A DNA stretch of 63,847 bases, counting the filler, from Octopus bimaculoides (taxonomy: Eukaryota), in the NCBI RefSeq assembly GCF_001194135.2. It is 7 parts of 7 records of this genome, joined end to end, with 100 filler letters (N's around TTAATTAATTAA, not from the genome) between each part and the next. Parts side by side here need not be neighbours in the genome. Positions count along the whole stretch, not along the records: positions 55,040 to 57,516 come from NW_026379995.1; positions 57,617 to 61,008 come from NC_068982.1; positions 61,109 to 63,847 come from NC_068988.1; 4 more parts are not named here. The stretch is one strand, 5' to 3'. The translations under genes and the position numbers were made by a program. Position 1 is the stretch's first letter, and each line of letters begins with the position of its first letter. Positions 55,791 through 63,847 of this stretch are shown here, piece after piece. The notes below the pieces were generated by a model. The model saw only the letters and a list, made by a program, of their open reading frames with translations, ran no database searches and was not told the origin of the DNA.

Positions 55791-57092
55791 TTGGGTTGGC
55801 AGCCAAGTTCCAGCTGTTCTTTTAAATTTTGGAATTTATTGCGTTTTTAAATTTTGGAATCTATTTTTTTCGAGAATTCTATTTTGAGTTATTTTGGAAT
55901 CTATTTTGTTTTTTGTCTTATTTTTTCTAGCTAATTTTTGTTAATTTCTGTTTATTTTCAGATCATTAAAATGGAATGTCAAGTTAAACAAAACGGGCAT
56001 TTTCGGCACCTCCTTCTTTTTGCTTTTAATCAAGGTTCTAAGGCCACAAAAGCTTGTCGCGACATTTGTGCCGTGTATGGAGAGAGTGCCATAGTTGAAA
56101 AAACCGCTCGTGATTGGTATGCCAAGTTCAANNNNNNNNNNNNNNNNNNNNNNNNNNNNNNNNNNNNNNNNNNNNNNNNNNNNNNNNNNNNNNNNNNNNN
56201 NNNNNNNNNNNNNNNNNNNNNNNNNNNNNNNNNNNNNNNNNNNNNNNNNNNNNNNNNNNNNNNNNNNNNNNNNNNNNNNNNNNNNNNNNNNNNNNNNNNN
56301 NNNNNNNNNNNNNNNNNNNNNNNNNNNNNNNNNNNNNNNNNNNNNNNNNNNNNNNNNNNNNNNNNNNNNNNNNNNNNNNNNNNNNNNNNNNNNNNNNNNN
56401 NNNNNNNNNNTGGACACAAGCAACGATTTCTTTACCGGGTCGTTACTGACGACGAAAAATGGTGCCTGTACATCAGTATGAAGCAGCGTAAGGAATGGTT
56501 TAGCCCCGCTAAACAAGAGACACCGCGCGTGAAACAAGATCTTCATCCGCGTAAAACAATGTTGTGCGTATGGTGGAACTGGGAAGGGATTATCCATTAC
56601 GAATTGCTTGAACGGAACCAAACGGTCAACGTGGAAGTCTATGTTCAACAGATGGAATGACTCAACGCGGCTATTCAAGAGAAAAGACCTAATCGTCAGC
56701 ATGGAGTTCTTCTGCTACACGACAACACCCGCCCTCATATCACCAATATGACCAAGGAAGCCATTCAAATGCATGGCTGGGAAGTGCTGCCACACCCGCC
56801 GTACTCTCCTGATTTGGCACCAACGGATTTCTACCTCTTTCGATTTCTTTCAAATGCTATTGCGCAGAATTTCGTTCAATACTGATGCAGAATTGAGAGC
56901 TTGGTTTTATCAATTTTTCGAGTCGAAATCGGGTGATTTCTACCAACGAGGTATTGAAAATTTTGTTGAATGTTGGGAAGAAGTTGTAAACAACAAAGGT
57001 GAATACATTATTGATTAATTAGTTATTTTTTTTATTAAACCTTTAAAAAAATTAAATTTTAAAAAACGGCGAGAACTTAGTTGCCAACCCAA
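55791..57092 (+). mobile_element. Near full-length mariner transposon (about 1.3 kb), mellifera-subfamily-like TIR
   Basis: TA|TTGGGTTGGCAGCCAAGTTCC... and ...GAACTTAGTTGCCAACCCAA|TA. TA duplication on both sides. Confidence 0.95.
55971..57018 (+). pseudogene. Mariner D,D34D transposase, inactivated
   Basis: MECQVKQNGHFRHLLLFAF.., VTDDEKW, HDN-(34 aa)-YSPDLAPTD, ..VVNNKGEYIID*. Premature TGA at 56658-56660 and a frameshift near 56860. An N gap (56133-56410) hides part of the ORF. Confidence 0.92.
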
Positions 57093-57299
57093 TAGATACG
57101 AAATACGTTTCTTTCTTAATTTCCTACGTTTTTATTCAACACTCCTTTCTCGCTGATCATCAAAGCTAATATAGCTAAACTTTTCATCAGCCTCATTGAA
57201 TATGAGCAAAGTATGTATAAGACACAGTTGCATATCAAATCTGAAAACTTCAATTATAAGAAATCCCACAACATCTCTATTCCTCCCTGTACCTGTGAA

Positions 57300-57516
57300 A
57301 TCTTGTATCCCTGCCGTAAGGCTTTACTTCCACACACGCCAGCTTAATTTAATTCGTTCTTAGTCGAAAGACACCTGTTTGTTATGTCCTGTTATTTGTA
57401 TTTGTGTAACATTCTCCTTTTTTTCCGTGCTTGTTTTCCTATACATTCGCTGCTTTCTTCCTAGGGATCTAATGCTCTTAGCTTAGTTTTTCTTTGGGGC
57501 TGGCCAGATTGGAGCA
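57300..57516. repeat. Interspersed repeat fragment, class uncertain
   Basis: Distinct GC/CpG-richer block recognised from memory of octopus repeats; truncated by a gap. Confidence 0.3.
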
Positions 57517-57616
57517 NNNNNNNNNNNNNNNNNNNNNNNNNNNNNNNNNNNNNNNNNNNNTTAATTAATTAANNNNNNNNNNNNNNNNNNNNNNNNNNNN
57601 NNNNNNNNNNNNNNNN

Positions 57617-58505
57617 GCAAGTTGTGAAATTTTTGCTTTTGTGATCACGTATGCTGTAGTCTGCAATTTTTGTCATGGAGAGGAAGTTGGAATAAAGTGC
57701 CAACATTAAATTTTGTGTTAAACTTCAAATGGTGGTGTGTTTACGTCCCCGTAACTTAGCGGTTTGGCTAAAGAGATCGATAGAATAAGTACTAGGCTTC
57801 CAAAGAATAAGTCCTGGGGTTGATTTGCTTGACTAAAGGTGGTGCTCCAGCATGGCCGCAGTCAAATGACTGAAACAAGTAAAAGAGTAAGTCTGCTACA
57901 GAGACATTGAGCATGCATTGACAATCTTACTGTAATGAGTCGTACACAATGTTTCAAGTGGCATGGGCGCTTCAAAAGTCACAGCTCAATCAAGAGCATG
58001 CGCATCATTGTTTTCAACATTCATTGTATTGTGCATCAAGAATTGGACTCCCAGGGCCAGACCATCAATCAAGAGTTCTACTATGACGTTTTGAAGTATT
58101 TGAAGGAGGACATTTGACAAAAGCAACTGGATATGTGGAATGTGAAGAATCCAGTTCTTCATGATGACAGTGCGCCCTGACACCAAGCTTGTGAGTTCCT
58201 TACCAAAAAACAACATGGCATTGCTTCCACACCCATTCTATCCACTAGATTTAGTGCCTGAAGACTTCCATCTTTTCCCGAAAATGAAAATGCAGCTCAA
58301 AGGTTGATGTTTTTACACTGTTGTCGAGATCAAGTGTGAATCGCAGAAGGTCCAAGACAGAAAATGACTTCTATGCTGGATTCCAAAAGCTGCAGTGTAT
58401 TGCTGCACAAGGTGACTCTTTCGAAGGAGATGAGGTTAAAACTTAGGTAAATAAGTTATTTTTTATTAAACATAACTAGTCGAGGAACTTTTTGATATCA
58501 CCTTA
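57617..58505 (+). mobile_element. Internally deleted mariner element (left end in gap) carrying a SINE insertion
   Basis: NIKFCVKL / SATETLSM, MSRTQCFKWHGRFKS, IVFNIHCIVHQEL..GQTINQEFYYDVLKYL, HDDSAP, HPFYPLDLVPEDFHLFPKMK. Right end GAACTTTTTGATATCACCTTA|TA. Confidence 0.88.
57731..57890 (+). mobile_element. 5'-truncated SINE family A copy nested in the mariner ORF
   Basis: GGTGTGTTTACGTCCCCGTAACTTAGCGG..GATAGAATAAGTACTAGGC..GTCAAATGACTGAAACAAGTAAAAGAGTAA lies between the KFCVKL and SATETL codons. Confidence 0.92.
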
Positions 58506-58844
58506 TATATTCATATAAACAAATGTATACACGCACATTTGTAAACACAAATATCTAGGACATAAAAGACATATCCTAATTACTGTAATGCAAAATCCAC
58601 TCCAAGATCCATGTTTCACATTGTAAGAAGAGACACCTGTATAATGAAGTTTCATAGTGCCCCTGGAAAATGTGCATTTTCCAGTACCACTTTTTTCATT
58701 TTGAAAGAGATAGATCCAATGGTAAGATGATTAGTATCTTTTCCTAGTTGTAGGAGTTGCTGGAAATCAAGCTGGCTGGAAACTGCATTAACCCTTTTAG
58801 CATTCAGATTACTATTTTAAATGTGAAAAAAAGTAAAGATCCCT

Positions 58845-59160
58845 TTTGTTAATGAACGACCATGGGATTGCACCTAGAAAGTTATCCATTGAGGCACAAG
58901 TCTGAGTAAGATTGTCTATGGAATACCAGCAGTTGCCAAGCCTTCCCTCCTCATGCCACTGATGTTATACAAGGGAAAGGCAAAGACCAATAGAGTTTGG
59001 CACCAGTGACGTTGCAGATCATTTCTACAGCTGAGTGAACTGGAACAATGTGAAATAAAGTGTCTTGTTCAAGAACACAACACACAGCCCAGTCTGGGAA
59101 TCGAACTCACTACCTCATGATTGTGAGTCTGATGCTCTAACCACTAAACCATGCACCTTC
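58845..59160 (-). mobile_element. tRNA-headed SINE family C with a CORE-like middle
   Basis: Reverse complement GGTGCATGGTTTAGTGGTTAGAGC..GAGTTCGATTCCC (A/B boxes), then GTGTTCTTGAACAAGACACTTTATTTCAC..TCAGCTGTAGAAATG. Confidence 0.85.
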
Positions 59161-60337
59161 TATAATGCTTACTTATCTACATTGTTTTGAATTAATCACG
59201 CATTACTTGTAGCTTCAAACTGTTTATTTTTACACTGACATTGTAGGGTAGGTGTGAGAGGTAGGATCTGGCCAGTTTGAACATAAAAGAGGTAGAATAT
59301 TTTGGCTACATATAGCTGGTTTAAATACTAATGAATTAAAGCTGATATAGCCACAAGGCATTAGAGCAGTGCTAATAGATTGCCATTCTCTCATAGCTAA
59401 GAAGCCCTTTCTACCTTTCTAGATAGATGTTTTGACAAGAACAGTACCCATCACTCCCAGAGTGGTCTCTCATTGCACTCATTGGCCATCTTGCATACTT
59501 CTATGTTCAATTCTTGATGTTCAATTCTTGATAGTCAGTGTCTCTTTGAGCCATCAGTTTTAACTTGGTGAGAAAGATTGCCAGAAACATGCTTGGTTTC
59601 GAGAAACACTTCACAGCTAGCTAGCCTGGTGGGGATGCCAATTTAGTCATTTATGACCTAGCCGTGTAATTGGTTGTACTGGATTACAATACTTTTAGTA
59701 CTTAAAGCAACCTGACGTCGCACCCACATGCACAAATGCTGACAGAGATTTAAGATTTTTATATATTTGCATACACATGCATGCAGGCAATTAATCAGCA
59801 TCTTATGTGTGCATAAAAATATGTTTGTATGTGGGTGTTTGCCAAAAGTAAAAACAAAAGAATGTTCATTGTAAAACCTGTTGTTTTAGATTGGCAAACT
59901 ATTTTGTCAATCATCTTTATTCCAATAAAGAAAAAACCTAAAATCTTGAAATCAGATAAATATCTAAACGTGACAGTAACAAATTGTATGGCTAATTTGA
60001 TTTCTGATACTACACGACAGTTCTTTGCTATAATTTTTAATAATCTTATTTGTACCCTGGGGGAAGGCAGGAAAAAAAAAGGTAGAATACTTATAGAATT
60101 GTAGATGATCCACAAATGTTTTTGATGTCAATTAGAGAGCTATGTAATATAACAATATTTTGAGGAATTTTTCTACTCCTCTGCAATTCAGTTTGATAAA
60201 GAAAAGATTCTTCTTTTCTATTTTGAGGGTAGTTATCTACTAAGGTTTGTTGCCAACATGAATTCAAGAATGTAGAGTTAAACTATTGCTATCTCTGACA
60301 ATTTATGTATATGTGTGTGTGTATGTTTGTATGTATG

Positions 60338-60401
<64 letters not shown>

Positions 60402-60406
<5 letters not shown>

Positions 60407-60703
60407 GAGTAAGCTCATAAATGTGAAGCAAGGTGGAAAAAAATAGTACTCGAATACCAGAGGTAGAGTAATATACTTTATTATTAAAGCTGCAAAAACA
60501 TTACAAAAATATCACCAAAAAAATTTCTACTCAGAGTTTCTTGTTTCTGTTTGTCGGGTAGTTGTGATCAAGAATGGAATAAAAAAAAAATCACAATTTT
60601 TATTTCATTCTTGATCACAACTGCCCGATGAACGGGAACATGAAACTCAGCAGCTTTTTTTGTGATATTTTGGTGATGTTTTTGTAGCTTTGATAATGAA
60701 GTA
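60402..60703. mobile_element. Foldback (palindromic) MITE, right arm cut at a TA by Tc1
   Basis: About 60475-60575 is an inverted copy of about 60597-60703, e.g. GTAGTTGTGATCAAGAATG / CATTCTTGATCACAACTGC and AAAGCTGCAAAAACATTAC / GTGATGTTTTTGTAGCTTT. Confidence 0.85.
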
Positions 60704-61008
60704 CAGGGGTTGGACAAAACAATGGAAACACCTTAAAATTTTGAACAAATTTATTTTAGTATGGGGTAGGACTGCCTTTGGCAGTAATTACAACTAGAAT
60801 TCTATGAGGTATGGACTTGTACAAAGTTTGAATTGTTTTCAAGGGAATTTTTGTCCATTCTTCAGCTAAAACAGTCTCCAGTTGTTGTAGTGATGATGGT
60901 GGAGGATATCGACTCCTTACTTGTTTTTCTAAAATGCACCATAAATGTACAATAATATTGAGATCTGGGGACTGTGGTGGCCAGATAAGATGTCCAGCCT
61001 CACTAGAA
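60704..61008 (-). mobile_element. Tc1-family transposon end with transposase C-terminus, truncated by a gap
   Basis: TA|CAGGGGTTGGACAAAACAATGGAAACACC TIR. Open minus frame 60756-61007: HLIWPPQSPDLNIIVHLWCILEKQV..EEWTKIP..KGSPTPY* (Tc1 SPDLNIIE motif with E changed to V). Confidence 0.9.
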
Positions 61009-61202
61009 NNNNNNNNNNNNNNNNNNNNNNNNNNNNNNNNNNNNNNNNNNNNTTAATTAATTAANNNNNNNNNNNNNNNNNNNNNNNNNNNNNNNNNNNN
61101 NNNNNNNNATTGACAAAATCATTTTTTGAACCTGTTGAAGACACAAGATGTCGAAATATCGTTCACTAGATGACAACGTCACACTTCTTTAAACTTTTAC
61201 AC

Positions 61203-61214
61203 TATTATTATTAC

Positions 61215-61296
<82 letters not shown>
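61203..61296. repeat. (ATT)n microsatellite, tail or target of the adjacent element
   Basis: Seen directly. Confidence 0.97.
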
Positions 61297-61577
61297 GCGC
61301 GAGAGAGCAGTGCATGACATCAAAGTGACACTGGGGTTACAAATATAGGAAGCCTAGTATACCCATCATGACTGCCCGTCTGATAAAACTACGCCTGGCA
61401 CATACATCACAACCAGATGTTCGCGACATGGTGATCTTGTATCAAGATAAACAGCGCATGACCTTGCAGATGGGGCTCAACCAGAATTCTCTGCATATCG
61501 AGTAGCTCATCCCGCTCAAATGCTCCTGGAATAGGGGCTGTTTAAGGATGTTGATCGAAACACCCATACTTCCAGAC
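61297..61577 (-). mobile_element. Second copy of the TAA-associated repeat, 3' end abutting (AAT)n
   Basis: Reverse complement matches 31549-31657 and runs on into the (AAT)n array. Confidence 0.7.
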
Positions 61578-61579
61578 TA

Positions 61580-63050
61580 TATTCCCCACACTTACATCGA
61601 TGTTACTTCCAAGGAATTAGATAAAATCTGTGGAAAGGCCAAATCCAATACACTTATTTCCATTAATGATCTTGCGTTTACTACAATAAATATGTTCAAA
61701 GGACATCAGAGAATTGAGGTGTAGGGTCCCAAGAGCCCGATTTCCTTCTTAAGGAACATAAACCTGATTTCTTAGCGAGATTTACCATTGGATTGAGTAA
61801 CTTCTCTAAATTTGATATTGGACATATTAGCAAGAATATTTTAAATAGATATTCTAGAATTCATGTTACATGTTGGCCTGGACGTTTGTGGGTCTACCAG
61901 GATGATAATATTTCGATCTGAGTACCTCTCAGAGAATAACACATGTGTTGTACAGTTCGATACGGATCACTTCTAATTGTAGATCGATCTTATTTTGCTC
62001 AACCAGGCTATTATTTGCAGTGGAAATATTAGAGATCTAGGTGATCCAGGTTGGACCAGCTTAATGTAGTTATGGTATCTTCAGGCTACGCCCAGGTCAT
62101 AGACATGGTTGGTCTATATTTACCTTATAAATAGAAGGGGACCTTTCCGCACATGGTGAATTGGGGTTGGACTGTACAGGGACGATGCTCTCTTTATAGT
62201 TCCCCGATGATAATCGTTCGATCGGGAGACTGAACAAAAACAAAAAATAAAAAGAACGATTTCTGTTTTCTTCAGAATTTTAACCTCTCTGTTTGATTTG
62301 CGCTATGCAAAATGAGGGCCAAGAGTCGGATTCTAAGCTATACTTTCACTATCATACATTCAATGGAAACATCCATTACATCCATGGCCTATGTATTCCG
62401 CTAAAACCTATCACCGAAGACTTAACTAGGATTGTATCAACTAGGATGACTAATCTTTCTACAAATGATTATTTTATAACAATACATAGTATTATAATTC
62501 GGCTCTACGTATTCTGAAAGGGAGAGACTTCCCAACGAGAGAATAGGTTTCATATATTTTGTACCATTTTTCACGTGTAACTTTGAGACTAATAACCTCA
62601 ATATATTTTTAAAGCTTTCAGTCGGCTTTTGACAACTACATAGATATAAAATTTTGAACACGCATAGGGTGACCAGCATTTTAGAGGATTTTTGATAGTA
62701 ACAAGCTTGTGTGATACAATACTGAGATCGCTGATGGGCGGAGTGGACGGATCTAGTGGCATATCATCCGCAATCAACTTTGAGGAACCCGCTCAATGAA
62801 AACCCACGGTGTCGGGAAGAGCCGCAAGAATGACTGTAAACGAAAAATCCAAGACTTTCAAGGAGCTGTATTGGTACTCAAGGTTGTTTTAAACAACCGA
62901 TTTCTCCACCCACTTAACTATGAACGGGATACTGCTGGGCCATTAGGCTGCAGTTACGTATATCTGAGTTGCAACAACAGTTCCCGTGCTGAATACTCCA
63001 CTAGTCGGACAGAGCATTTAAAAATATCGTTCCGTAGTTGAGACTCATGA
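61580..63050 (+). pseudogene. Degraded Penelope-like element: RT plus probable GIY-YIG-side remnants
   Basis: KAKSNTLISIND..HQRIEV*GPK, LKEHKPDF..SKFDIGHISKNILNR (LKDHK..INP.KS.IG.ISK.IL motif), NTCVVQFDTDHF*..IDLILLNQAI, NIHYIH..IVSTRMTNLSTND, YFVPFFTCNFETN..IFLKL..HRYKILN, TFKELYWY, in collinear order with many stops. Confidence 0.75.
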
Positions 63051-63182
63051 TAATAGCAAGTCATATATATNNNNNNNNNNNNNNNNNNNNNNNNNNNNNN
63101 NNNNNNNNNNNNNNNNNNNNNNNNNNNNNNNNNNNNNNNNNNNNNNNNNNNNNNNNNNNNNNNNNNNNNNNNNNNNNNNNNN

Positions 63183-63216
<34 letters not shown>

Positions 63217-63847
63217 TAACCAATGTAGTGTTGAACATTGTTCAAGTTACACACACACGCACACACACAAACACACACACACGCACACTCACACACACAC
63301 AAACACGCACTCTCCTTTCCACTCTGTCTCTCTCTAATACACATGTCGATAATATATATTTATTATGAGTGTGTGTTTGTTATGCTTGTGTGGTTGCGTT
63401 TGTACAATTCTGATTTTCTCTGCCGCTGATTTACGTGCAAACTTTTTCCAATGCATCCTAACTGACTAAACCAAACATTTAAATAAACATTTTTATCTTG
63501 TATGTATGTTATCAAACACTTTACATTCCTATAATCAATATTTCACAACAATGGTTGCCTAATTTCCTATGATTAGGCAAACTTACATGTCGATCTTCTC
63601 AGCATCAATTAGTTGTACTCTTTACGTTCATGTGTTAAATCTTTCCCTCCTTTTTCTCTTTCATTATATTTCTAAATAGAAGCACGCCCTCTTCTCAATA
63701 GAAAGTGGTATTTATAATAGTTTGTTTTTATCTTCTCTTATATCAGTCACTTTCCAATATTAACGATTATTTGTTTAAGCAACTACTTTAAATTTACTGA
63801 TTTTATTTTGTTGTTTTCTATCATTCATATATATATATATATATATA

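Overview
AT-rich animal genomic DNA full of microsatellites and assembly gaps. The SINE, RTE, R4/Dong and mariner families look like those of coleoid cephalopods, probably Octopus; this is inferred from repeat content. No intact protein-coding gene, rRNA, true tRNA or CRISPR array is supportable. The window is mostly transposon remnants: at least four tRNA-headed or RTE-tailed SINE types, RTE, CR1/L2-like, R4/Dong and Penelope-like retroelements, a Helitron RepHel N-terminus, three hAT remnants, four mariner copies (one near full length, D,D34D), a Tc1 end and MITEs or foldback hairpins. CpG looks scarce left of about 26 kb and common to the right. Together with a few well-formed minus-strand splice candidates, this hints at an unidentified host gene running leftward from about 30 kb (low confidence). 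Six identical N44-TTAATTAATTAA-N44 blocks are assembly placeholders. I found no convincing novel system. The best leads are the TAA-targeted R4/Dong derivatives, the near-complete mariner, the nested insertions, the long hairpins and the hidden-gene hypothesis. Many boundaries of degraded elements are approximate.
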